In this document: one piece after another, positions 10,176 through 22,876 of the stretch
How positions within the stretch are numbered: position 1 is the stretch's first letter
Layout of the letters: the number at the start of each line of letters is the position of its first letter
From: Antedon mediterranea
Taxonomy: Eukaryota > Animalia > Echinodermata
Direction of reading: 5' to 3'
DNA length: 64,000 nt
NCBI RefSeq assembly: GCF_964355755.1
Contig: NC_092680.1
Location: forward strand, 12,533,045-12,597,044
Notes under the pieces: generated by a model
The model's input: only the letters and a program-made list of their open reading frames with translations
What the model was told of the DNA's origin: nothing
Databases searched by the model: none
Program-made: the position numbers and the translations under genes

Positions 10176-13100
10176 CTAACTATCAGAATCAAAATCAAAA
10201 CATTTCTTGCCAGCAATAAAAGTTTGTTTAAGATTTAAACTTTCGTCCATAAGTAATAGATCTGCCCTGTATCCAATGTCTACTTTTCCAACATTTTTTA
10301 GATGCGCAATGCTGTAAGATAAAAATTCAAAGAAATAAATCTAAAAAAAAACAATATTAAATTTCGCAAATATTCAACAATGCAAAATAAAGTTCATTTG
10401 TAAATAGACGTGTTAGATAGATTGATTGTTAATAGGTTATACAAACAGATTGTGTAAAAAAACATATCCCACAAGTGAAAACCAATATCCGTCATCTATA
10501 ACCCAGGAACAAAACAAAAGTAATGGTAATTGTGTAAACACTTTGATAACTTCTATTTAGTGTTATAACTGGGTACAATAGGCGATGTCAGCTAGGTGAA
10601 TGATGATGATGTCATCATTCTTTAGTCTGGGTATAACCACAAGGATATAAAGTATTACTAAAACTAAGGTACATTGATAATTTTTATATATGATAATATA
10701 AAACAAACTGTGACAAGAATGAGGCTAGTCATTATGATTCAATTTTTTAAACTTTATTTTTTATTCTTCGTTTTGGATTCCTCCCTTTTGTAAAAGATAT
10801 ATTGTCCAACAATTATTTATTTGTTTAAATTTGTTGTTGAATATTCAATTTTAATGTCACATAAGAGTTATTCATGACCAAAAAGTGGATCTAAAAAAAA
10901 ATCCTAAAAAAAGCAAAAAATACTTAATACTTTTTGGTTTAAATTAACTGTTTCTTTTGTCTTTTTATAAGTGAAATAATTATTTAACTAGATTTAATTC
11001 GTCACTATGACGAATTATAGGTTATATGCATTGATTTAAATAAAGATAATTGATTTTTAAAAGATATTTTGATTCATTGATTTTCTCAGATTCTTTAATT
11101 ATTTATAATATATGATAGGACCTTGCTAACGCGAATACAATAGCCGGTATCACAATCCGATCAAAGATCCCTCTGCGTATAATGTCATAAACCACATTTG
11201 CTGTTACATAATAATAAAGACATAAGTTATTTTTTATCTAGATTTCATTATAAATCATGTGTATAATATATACACTAAGAAATAAATTTGAACAAACAAT
11301 ACGGATAATAAAAAAAAATCTTATTTCGTTTCCCAAGGTGAGACTCGATCTCGGTACCTTGAGTGCCATAGACACGAGCACACACCACCGAGCCATACAC
11401 AACTGACTAAAAATTGTAGAAAAATTCCTCCGTGTATTTACTATGCAGTAACCACTTTGGTGCAGATAGATTATTACATACCGCAATGAATTATAATTTT
11501 TTACTATGATGACATCTCTAAAAATGTACAACAATGATGCACTGTCAAACTATATACTTTTAACTTTAATATATGAACTTTTGAAGGAAGAAAGTTAATG
11601 TTAAGTTTGTTATTTTGGCCTAAGAAAATGTCATAATTTGTTTGATTGTCGAAATGAATTTTTTTAAATTTAATATGCAATTAATTATGGCTTAATCAAC
11701 TTTTGTTCCCTTAGTTTAATAATAAATCATACATAAGATACATACACTTCAAGAAAATGAAATAAAAAATATGTGTTCCCGAGCATTCTGACGATCTATA
11801 TTAATTTTAAAATTTAGCATATTTTCACCATTTTGTTAACTTACACGTGCGTAGCCTGTCACTTTTGACGTGCTCGTATAAGGCAATTTCGCGTTGAAAA
11901 GTGAATAAAATATGATGATATTATTAAAGAAAGGTTGTACAACCGAAATCGGACAAAAAGAGTGCGCATTAACGTATAACGCGCAGTGCGCGTGCAGAAA
12001 TCTGCGCACTCATGGCAATTTTTTAAACGCTTAAAATTGCCTGAAACGTACTCTAATTTCATCGAAAATAAATTTTGACAATTTTGAACATTTTAAGCGC
12101 GCGTACGCAAGCGTTATATGCGCTACGCACGTAAGTGTATTGCCATGTGATGAAATATGACCTGAAATTTATGAGTACCAAATTTTGTTTAATTGTGATT
12201 CATGCTTGTGAAGATATGATTACAAACGTGATTTCGTAAAAAATTTTTGATTACGCATCGTGAAAATATAACCACATCGATTCCTGGCCATAAGGAATAC
12301 ACTCTGAAAAATTGACTTAGATAGATGAAACTGATGCCAAGATAATTCACGGACAAAATAGTGCTAAGGAAAGAATAAATAAAGAAATAAATAAAGATTT
12401 TGACAGAATCAAGAGGTTATATGCATGAATGCATATAACCTAAAAATAAGCAAATGTAAATCTTTGTGTATCACTCTGAAAACAAAGCCTATTATAACCA
12501 AATATAAGTTGAATGATTAGGAATTAGATTGTGTTAATTCTCAAAGGGATTTAGGAGTTTTAATTGATAGTAAGTTAAATTTTTGTTTACATGTTAATTA
12601 TGTTGTATCTAAGGCAAATAGAATGCTGGGTTTGTTATGGAGGAACTGTAGATTCATGGGTAATGGTGGAGCATTAACATCATTGTACCGTTCAGTCGTG
12701 CGCCCCCACCTGGATGCTTTGTTTAAGTTGAATATACCAACTCGTACTCGCAGCAAGTGTTTCACGTTCCTTGTGGTTGTGTTGAATGCACAAAACGAGG
12801 TATTTTTCAGCGGTTACCTAACACATTTAATAGGTTACTTGTTACTTTATTTTATGATAGTTTAAATGTATTTAAGGGTAAAATTGTTAAATCTCTTTAA
12901 TGTTGTGATCTTTGTTTATGTTTTTGTTGTTTATTTGAATACATTTTATAGTTTATTATGTTTAGATTCAACCTGTTAGTGGCGGTTTCATCGCTGTTGG
13001 TTGACAACTGAACAAAATAAAAAAATTAAAATAAATAAAATAAATTTTTGTTGTTTTTTTTTCTACAGAAGTGAATAATCAAATCAAAACTGCATAATGG

Positions 13101-16100
13101 CCTATTCAAATTCTGATTTTAGCAATCTTCATTTTTCATGTTTTTTGGGCACAATACATCTTTAAATATGAATCTAAAAGTAAATAAATGTGTAGTTACT
13201 AAAGAATCTATTCAACTGCAGTTAGCACCAGTTGAGGGTTTGATAGAAACTGGCAAGTATGATAGCCAACCAATGAAACTGAATCGACAAAAGTGGTAGT
13301 GGTCTTGTTACAACTGACAAAAGTGGTCTACATACCGTGCTGGTGTCTCAGAAACCATAGCGGATGCTTCGCCAATTGATATATGAAAGATATTAACCAA
13401 TGATTTGAAAGCATCATGACTTGTACAACAACTGCCAGCTAAAGTACAAGTGCCACTAACAAATAAACATTTGCCATCTGCTGAAACCTCCACTATAGAA
13501 ATAAAAGAATCCATGTCAAAGGTCAAATACTGCAATTATTGGTTTATGATTTCTTTATAATAAATGTTTAACCTAAAATAAAGGGTTTTTTTTATTATTA
13601 AGTTTTAAGATTATCTTTTACTTTTTGTTGTTAATTATGTATAATCCCACTCGACAGTGAATTAGTTCACTTTTGGTGTCATTGTCCTGTATTATTTCTA
13701 TTATTTGATTGTCTGTATATTTTAGTTTTGTTATGTTGGAAATTTTATTATTTCTCAAGGAAATTTACCAACCGTGACATTTGGACTGTTTCCACCTAGA
13801 TAATTTTCCCATAGGACATTTTTCCCCTCAGAGGAAAAAAACTAAATTATTAAAATTACTTTTGAAGTTGAAGGTAGCCTTTCTCCATTATAGGATGTTT
13901 CTGGCTGTTTTACTTGTTTTGATTTAGCTTTTTGCTTTTTTTTGTATCTCCATTGAGATCCAGCCACGGATATCCACATTTTTTCAGTATTTTGCCTTTG
14001 GATTTATATATTATAATTTAATTATTATTAGGATTAGTGACTCAAGTCAGTGACTGAACTAAATTATGTCAAAGTAAGTCTTGATCAGGTTTAACTTTTT
14101 CATTTAGTACAAATATATTTCAGTAATAATGGTTATAAAAGTGTGTTTTTTTGTGATTTTTATCTGTTCAAGGTTGTTTCACTGGAGTGCACCTTTATAA
14201 AAAAAATTTATTCTGACTGGAGTTGGTCATGAACAACACATTTTAAGTCTTCAAACCAGCCTAAAGCTAGGCCCTCCACAGACTAACTTTAACACCCCAC
14301 CCCAAAAGTTTGGGCAGCTGAAGCATCATTTACTTACTTGTTCTACCACTATAACTAAGTTTCTTTCCTGGGACTGACTCTGCCGTACAATCTGATATAA
14401 ATGCAATTTGATTAAAGCACCTAGCTTTTAGTAATATGCCAACGGTTAATGGATGTCTGTAAAAAAAAAATAAGTTAAACTATATATTAATCTAGGAAAA
14501 TTAATAAAAAAATAACAATACTGTGAGTGTCTTAGGAGCGAAAGACATTTACGATCCATTGAATCTCATAAAAAATAGATTACAAAATATAACCCATTTG
14601 TCATTAGAGCACTGAATGTTATAGAATGATTTTTGTCATGGTTTTTCACTGTTTTCTGTTTTGTATTCTCAGAGCAACACAAATTTCTATAATAAATGGA
14701 AATTATTTTAAGACCACTTTCTACCATTGCTATACCTTCAAATAATAATATTTACTTACACGTGACACATGTCACCTATGATTTCTACAGTTGGGGGCGC
14801 TAACCTCTCGTACCCTGGAATATTTGGGAAGACGTCTACTAGTCCAAAGTTGACAAGACTTGGTGTTCTAAAAAGTTATAAAAAATAATATGTTGAATAT
14901 CTACAGCTCTGTCCACACTATCAAACTAGTTTGACCAAATAAAATTGATACTGTACATGTGCTCATGGTAGTGATATCCCCAAATATGGTAGTGATATTA
15001 CATCATCATGTCCATACAGTACATGGGCACATAACATTTTTTGTCACATAAAATTTGATAGTGTAGACAAGGCTTAACATTGGGCAAGTCAGAGAAGTTT
15101 TACTTTATTGATATGGTTGCATTAAGAGCTACAATGAAAAAAAAGACCATTTATAGATTATTGATTAATAAAGAAGTTGTGCTTTTCAATATGGTTTTTA
15201 AAAGAAGGTGGTCCATTAAGTCTAAAGTTACTACCTGTGATGGAAGTTTGTAACATTAAACAGGTGAGTCACATGACACTGCGTAGGATGAGCAGCTTGA
15301 AGAGCTCCGAGAATTTCAGCTTCGCTCGCAACACGATCGTGACCGAGTGATGGAACAATTCCCCTATCATAAAATAAGGTTTGAATAAGATTGAAATATA
15401 GGATTGAAATAAAGGATTGATATAAGGCTGTAATGTTTATTTAATATATATATTAAATTTTGGATTGACCCATTATTTACCTCCGCCAAGGAGGTATATG
15501 TAATCGATCGCGTGTGTTTGTTTGTCTGTCTGTTTGTTAGCAGGATTACTCAAAAAGTAATTACAAGGTCTTTACCAAAATGAATGTACAGATAGATATG
15601 TGGTCAAGGACGATTCCATTAAATTTTGGGACCATTTCGGACCACGGTCCCAATTCTGGACCACTTTTTAGTATACTTTTCAGACCTGCTAGTGTTAAAA
15701 GATAGGACTAAATTTTTCAAAAGCCGGCGAGCAGTCTTAAAGTAACAAGTAAACTGTAATTCCATTTTCTCGAAAACTACTTGTCCAAAAAACTTCATTT
15801 TTGTACAAGAGGCAAGAGTTATAATTTCTGATTTGTAATTTTAAAACATAATTTTATTTAATGTGCACGTTTTTTATGCGAGTAGTTTACAAAACCTATT
15901 TCTTTTCAAATTCACTCGTTTCATTTTCGCGTTGCTGTTCTATTGTTAGTCAACTGAAGCTATTGTTAACTTAATTGTTGAAAGGCTTGTTACATAACCA
16001 TTACACCAAACTCGCATACACATGCTTGTATTTAAATTAGCCTAAATCAGAAACAGCATTAAGACACATATTTTTTTTTTTTTAACCGGAGAAATCTTAT

Positions 16101-19100
16101 GTAGGAGAATTTACAGTAGGCGGAGGTATGCACTCTCGGAGTGGCTTTCTAGTTTGTTTTGTGTTAGTACTCTTGACATTTTCAATCTTTTTATTAGTAA
16201 ATGTTCAAAATAAAGCATTTAAAGAAATAGAAATACATTTTCAAATGACCTTTGAACCAATGCGTTTATCTTCTCATATCCAGACTGCACATCAATGTGT
16301 GGACTAATTGTCATCAGTTTACAGCTGGGCATGGAGTCTAGTAGTTGATTAAACTCTGTCATTGACATCTGGTTGTTACCCTTTGGAAGTCCACCTAAAT
16401 CATTAACAATAGGACCCTACAAATAATTGTTAAAGTTGTAAACAAGTTTTATAAGTTGATATTATTTGTATGGCATTTGATGAAATTGGCAATTGTTGAA
16501 TTGAATTTATTAGTTATCCGCTTGGTATACCAAGCGGATAACTCCTTGTTATTGTACGAGATCAACATTTTTTTAGTTATCCGCATTCAGCGGATAACTC
16601 CTTGTAACTGTATGAAATCATCTTTTTTTTTTTCTGTATTATTCTTTCTTTCTGTCAATTTTGTGTCTCGCGTAACTCAAAAACGTGTAAACATAACATT
16701 TTATAACTTTGTCAACATGTGGGCATTCACGTGAAATAGTGCACCTCCTATTGTGAATGACGACAGAGTTGCGCAACATGACTTACGCGCGTTTTTACGA
16801 ATTTCGCGTATTTAATATAGATCGAAAACCATATAACAATTTAAATTGAAACTTAACAAAAGTTTAATTTATATCTTGCGCTAACTGACTGTGGGAAAAA
16901 AATGGCATGTTTCACACGAAGTTACGCGCGCATGCGCGTTTAAAATTTCAAATTGAGAAAAATCAATTTCTAATCAACTTTCTACGCGTTTCATGTCATT
17001 TTGAGCATGTCAAAAATTCCCACGCGTGCGCATTTTTTTACGCGTGCGGTGCACACGTAGCGTTGAAAACAATTTTTTTTCCGTGATTTTTGTTTTTCCA
17101 CCCTTTTTTAGTAATTTTACCAATTTCTAAACATTTTCGACTTAAAATTACGTCATACGGGCACGTCGAATTGGATAATTTATGTGCGTTTTTTATGAAA
17201 AAGTTCAAAAATTTGTCAACATTTTTCAAAATTATACCTTTTTTTAAACAGTCGTAGTTTCTAAACCAAACGGTGAAAGTTATTTTTATTGCATATTCTG
17301 GAAGTTGATGAGTTGTAAATATCGGATCATGCATTAATATGGCTAACCGGACATTGTGACGTCACTGTATGGCCACGCGAATACAAAATTTAGGATTTTT
17401 GTATCTTTTGTCATAGCTCATCACATTTAATAGAGCGCATCTACACTTATCCGTTTTCCATTTTCACCCTGATTTTGATATTGTCTAGGTCAATCAACTG
17501 TCTTTCGCATGAGTTAAAAATATTTTAATTTTTATGACGTCATCATGCCTAAAAATTTAAATTACATGTTGCATAAATTTCATCTTTACAGTAAATTTTA
17601 ATCTGTTATAGCTCGTAAGAATGAAATGTGATAATCACGATTAAAACGTTTTCTGGAAGCTATTGAATTGTAGATACGAAATCATGTGAACATTTTGCCA
17701 ATCGGATGTTGTGAAGTCATCATATGGCCAGTTAAATAAAAAAAGTCGTATTTTCATCTTTTGCATTATAATTCATTACATTTAAAAGAGCGCGCATCAA
17801 TATTTCACGTATTCAAATTTCTTCTACATGCTAATATGTTGTTGCTGAGATAATTTCCTTCCGAAATTGCTACCTTCGGGTTTCATTTTGAAACCGTCAA
17901 CATGTTAAAAATTGGAATAAATAGCGGGTCCCGTAATTTCACCTATTCTACACTGTATGTGATGTATACAGATTATACTGTGTATACTATATGACACAAA
18001 ATAACAGAATTCAGCAATAATAACATAATCATATTCTTCTTCAGGTCATAATGCCATAATCTTTTTCTGTGTGCAATATTCCAACGCATGACGTGCTCGT
18101 GGCGTTTGTCGTGCGGATAACTAACTCGTCAAAGTGACGAGTTTCATGTCTAGTTTCTGTATTATTCTCGTTTCCATCCTTCCTTTTTGTGGATCGCGTT
18201 TCTCTAAAATGTGTAAACATAACATTTCATAACTTTGACAACATATGGGCATTTACGTGAAGTTGTGCACCTCCTATTTTTGAATGACGTCATAGTTGCG
18301 CAATGTAACTTACGCGCAATTTTATGAATTTCAATGATTGATCATAGATTAAAAACTAAAAGTCATTTAGTATTGACACTTTGACAAAATTTAAGTCATA
18401 TCAGGGGCAAACTTTCTACGGATTAAAAATGGCATGTTTCACAAGAAGTTACGCGCGCACGCGCATTTAAAATTTCAAAATGCGCAAAATTAATTTCTAA
18501 TCAACTTTTTATGCGTTTCTTGTCATTTTGAGCATGTCAAAAATTCCCACGGGCGCGCAATTTTTTACGCACGCGGTGCGCACGTAGCGTTAAAAACATA
18601 TTTTTTTCTCTTGAATCATATTTTTCAAGCCTTTCCTAGTAATTTTGAAAACAATTTAGACCTTTTCCAATTTAAATAACGCCATACGAACACGTTGAAT
18701 TAAACATTTCATGCGCGTTTTTTATGAAAAAGCTTAAAAAATCGTCAAAATTATGTCTTTTTTTAAACAGTCATAGTTTCTAAAGTAAACCGTGAACCGT
18801 TTATTTTTATTACAAAATCTAGAAGTTGATGAGTTGTAGATATCGGATCATGCATCGATAAGGCTAAAAAAACATTGTGACGTCATCGTATGGCCACACG
18901 AATGTAAAATATAGGATTTTTGTCTCTTTCGTTATTGCTCATCACATTCAATGGAGCGCATCACGCTTATCTGTATTCCTTTTTCTCCTACATTTATATA
19001 TTGTGTAGGTCAATCAACTTTCTTTAGCATGAGATAAAAATATTTTAATTTTTATGACGTCATCATGCCTAAAAATTTTAATTACGTGGGTCATTAATTT

Positions 19101-22100
19101 CATCTTTACAGTAAATTTTAATCTGTAATAGCTCGTAAGAATAAAATGTGATAATCACGATTAAAACGTTTTATGGAAGCTATTGGATTGTAGATACGAA
19201 TTCATGTAAACATTTTGCCAATCGGATGTTGTGACGTCATCATATGGCCAGTTGAATAAAAAAAGTCGTATTTTCATATTTTGCGTAATAGTTCATCACA
19301 TTTAAAAAGGTGCGCATCAATATTTTACGTATTCAAATTTCTTCTACACGTTAATATGTTGTTCCTGAGATAATTTCCCTCTGAAATTGCTATCTAAGTG
19401 TTTCATTTTGATACCGTCGCCATGTTAAAAATTGGAATAAATGGCGGGTCCCGTAATTTCACCTATTCTACACTGTATGTAATATGTATACAGATTATAC
19501 TGTTTGCATGTATATACTATATGACACGAAATTGACAGAATTCAGCACTAACAGCATATCATATTCTTCAGTTCTTGTCATAATGCCATAATCTTTATCT
19601 GTGTGCAATATTCCAACGTAAGACGTGCACGTGGCGTTTGTCGTGGTGCGGATAACTAACTCGTCAAAGTGACGAGTTTCATGTCTAGTTTAATATTAAA
19701 ATTGTATTTAAAAATTTAATGACATGAATTTTTCTTTTAGTCATTCTGAAAATGAATTAATTTGAAGCGATAAAGATGAAGAAATTTGTAAGAATGAAAA
19801 AAATGCTGCCCCAACCGAGATTCAAACTCGGAAAGTTCCGCTTGATATACAGATGACCTAACTAGAAGACCACTATTAGGGCTTTCATGCTATTGTTTTT
19901 CATGTAATTTGTTTGAAGCAGCACTCTAGTTTTTTAGTGTACTACACACACGTAACAAACAATCAAAGTGATACGCATTCATCTTTCAGTTTAATTCATG
20001 AACCGAGATCTCAGATTCAGAAGAGATACTTTATATATAATATTTATATAGTTCAAGAAGTTCCCACTTCTGCGTTGGCCCATTAGCTTATGGTATCCTT
20101 TTGGGCTGTTTTTTGCTGATTTTTTAATAAATAAATAAAAAAACAAGTAGAATTTGAACTCTGGCTGACCTCTGCATGAACCCCTTGACACACAGCACCC
20201 CTGCTGGAGTCACCAACAATAGATTCCACAAATTGAATGGTTTCCATTGTTCCATCAGTAAAACACGTCTCAGGAAAGACTAAAGTTGCTAAAAAGGATG
20301 TCACACCGTATTTAGGCAGTCGCTGTTGAGTATATTCTGAGGAGGAATAACAATATCAATACCATTACCAGTTATTATTACTGGTATAAAGCTCTGTCTA
20401 CACTATCAAACTTAGTCTGGGTTCCAGACGGAGTTTTGTCTTAATATTAGTAAAAAGATAAATATTTTGGCACATATGGTGTTTCATACGTATTCTACTT
20501 GATTTTGGATACTCCGTCTGGGGAAACACGCACAAGCCACGTGGTTTGACACCAAGAATTCTTGGTGGATACGATTATCCGGTTGACTAGTTTCAGCTGC
20601 ATGCGATTGGCTACTCACTCGTACACTGTTTTAATATTCATATTTCAGAATTTCCAAAGACTCGATCAACAACTAAGATGATGCGCATGCGCTATGTTAC
20701 GTTTAGACAATGTGAACTTCGGTACATTTATGAAAGTTTCAGAAGGCTAGAAATTATTTTATATGCCTAGTAGTCTGGTAAACATTTGATGGGATTTTTC
20801 CCAAGAACATGAAAACTCGTCTTGATATGATAGGCTAGCTTCTCCGCAAATCAAACATTGAATGGGTCATTTATTACGCGGAGATAATTTTGATTTAATT
20901 CCCACCCAGACCCTGTCCTGTTCTGTGTGGTGGTGTAGCCCTGTTGTGTGCCGGAGGTGGTGGGCTACTTTATTGGCGTTTTATTTGGCAGGTCATACGT
21001 GCGAGTTGAGTGGGACCTACGAAAGAGGCCTAGGCCAAGGACTAAACAATTAATAAACAAAACAACTTGGCATTACGATTTTATATTTCAACAGTCTCGA
21101 TCGTACATTCAGCAGCACTGTACGTACGTCCAAAGAACTTATTCTTTGGTACGTCTCGATCTTTTTCATTTTGAAACAAAATGATCATTGGTTGATTCGA
21201 AATCCATATTTACATACCACTCGCCCCATATAGCCAAATACGGTATGGAAACCTACGTCATTCTTATCGGATGTTTGCGGTCTGCAAATCGATTTCTATA
21301 CGTGTTTCACAAGTCTGTATTTTCAGACAAAAATCGCGGTCGAAATAAAAAAAAATAAATAAAAAAAAAAAGATAATACAGACTTGGGGCAAGTCTATAT
21401 CAAACTTTATGTGACATAAAAATGTGATGTGCCCAAATATGGACATCAGATGATATCACATATTTGGGCACATCACACTTTTTTTGTCAAACTAGTTTGA
21501 TAGCGTAGACAGTATTGTATTTATATACCTGCATTTTGCCAAAAATTCACAAGATCTTCTGCACCACCTATTTAAAAAATAAAAACAATTTAAATTTATT
21601 TTTTAAAAGTTTATCTTTTAATACTTGAATATGTTTACATGATATGTATAAATGTATTAGGCCTACTTACTGTTATTCTGTGATATTACGTACACTTTAA
21701 ATGACTTTATATTTAAAAAAAAAGGAAAATGAATGTAATGTGTTTACAAATCATTATCAAGTGCAATTTATGTGAGATTAATTAAACATATTGCGATTGT
21801 TAATTTTACCCATTCCATGGTTGTGTATATCTACAAAGCCAGGCAAAACTATATCAGCAGCATAATGATGTTTTGCCATTTTTACCATGTCTGTTTCTTG
21901 ATTAAATAAACCTGAAAAATGAAATTAATTAATTTAATTGTCAGTAGAATAGAATTTATACAAAATGCTGTGTGTATGTGTCAAAGTTAATGATGAAAAT
22001 AAATAAATTTAAACGAATTTAAATAAACATTTTGCAAATGTTTCAAATCTCGCCTTCTCACTGGTGGGAATGAGTTTTTAGTAGTAGGTGGTCCTCCTAT

Positions 22101-22414
22101 TATTAATATTATAGCTACTACATGAGAGGGCTTCCTTTCTTGAATTTTATTTAGTACAGTACTACTAGTCTATCAGGGCCCTAACCTACACGGGAAGCTA
22201 ACAGAAACACTTCATGGCATACACAACATCAACACACAGACAGACCGTAGTAAACACACAGCACACAGACAGAGCATTAACACACAGCCCACCAGAACAC
22301 ACGGGTACCTGTAATTATACCATCTTCAATAATAATATGTGTAGTTTCGTCTGATGTTACACCTCCTGGAAGTGCAACATGTTTACATGTAATACATGTT
22401 ATATTTTCCTCCAT
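10176..22414 (-). CDS. nagA: N-acetylglucosamine-6-phosphate deacetylase-like amidohydrolase (NagA/AMDHD2 family), 10 exons, 409 aa
   Basis: GT-AG exons with consistent phases: 22414-22309, 21911-21810, 21567-21529, 20336-20170, 16416-16250, 15363-15235, 14867-14760, 14456-14338, 13492-13336, 10311-10176 (1230 nt). Motifs PGFVDIHNHG, GVTSFLAT, GVHAEGP, LGHD, THLFN..FHHR, DMCHVHP, FISD, TLAGS, ETPAR, GYRADL. Confidence 0.9.
10988..12440 (-). mobile_element. Non-autonomous Helentron/DINE-1-like rolling-circle element
   Basis: On the minus strand: 5' inverted repeat GGTTATATGC..GCATATAACC, 3' subTIR GCATATAACC, hairpin AATTCGTCA-TAG-TGACGAATT, and CTAG end in a T run. Confidence 0.7.
12505..13045 (+). 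mobile_element. 5'-truncated CR1-like LINE 3' fragment
   Basis: RDLGVLIDSKLNFCLHVNYVVSKANRMLGLLWRN...LYRSVVRPHLD (post-RT CR1 motif), followed by an (AAATA)n tail. Confidence 0.75.
14905..15074. mobile_element. Short Harbinger-type MITE family (TIR AGCTCTGTCTACACTATCAAAC); one of 8 copies
   Basis: Other copies: 20390-21512 (interrupted), 51696-51855, 55464-55597, ~57000-57118 (partial), 59946-60097, 61835-61957, 62782-62940. Mostly flanked by TTA/TAA. Confidence 0.8.
15479..16152 (+). mobile_element. Non-autonomous Helentron-type element (ACCTCCGCC subTIR family)
   Basis: 5' ACCTCCGCCAAGGAGG then (TGTC/TGTT) microsatellite; 3' GGCGGAGGT, ACTCTCGGAGT hairpin and CTAG-TT. Related copy at 57246-57834. 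Confidence 0.75.
16513..19688 (+). mobile_element. Two nested Helentron/DINE-like elements of one family (inner copy 16576-18153)
   Basis: Two 5' ends GTTATCCGC..GCGGATAAC (16513, 16576), two homologous ~1.5-kb bodies, and two 3' ends GCGGATAAC-T-AACTCGTCAAAGTGACGAGTT-..CTAG (18153, 19688). Confidence 0.85.
20413..21397. mobile_element. Non-autonomous TAG...CTA element with 9-bp TSD (AcademH-like) inserted in a MITE
   Basis: TSD TATCAAACT (20404-20412 and 21398-21406). Ends TAGTCTGG-GTT-CCAGAC and CAGACTTG-GGG-CAAGTCTA each form a small hairpin. Confidence 0.75.
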
Positions 22415-22876
22415 TTCATATAAAGTGATAGGCTTAAAAACACTTAAAACTCTCTCTACACTCTAACTACTCTCTAGTAGGCCCTCCTTTTGTTTATTAT
22501 TTTACCTACGTACGAGGTCAATAATAGTTCTGTTTAATTTTTACATAACGAATAGTAATAGCATATTTTATGACTTTAAGCCATTTGAAACTTTTAAATA
22601 CATATTATAAATTCTATATTATTACAATGTAATAACATATATAACGCTATTTTATTAGGCCTATAATTTTAAAGGTGAAATTAAATTAAATCCATAAAAG
22701 GTCACAATGACACGCTTGAGTAGATTCAGTTACACATGGTTATGAAACGACAAGCTATAAATAAGAAATAAAAACTCCCAATTGACGTTTATGATTTCAT
22801 TTAATAACTTAGATAGTACTAGATACTGTCTCTTGAAGAACTAAACTAACTTAGAGTGTTAATTGTAGTGGGCAAT
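22415..22876. promoter_or_regulatory. Probable bidirectional promoter and 5'UTRs shared by the nagA-like gene and RIOK1
   Basis: Only 462 bp separate the two divergent start codons (22414 minus, 22877 plus). No transposon is evident in the interval. Confidence 0.7.
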
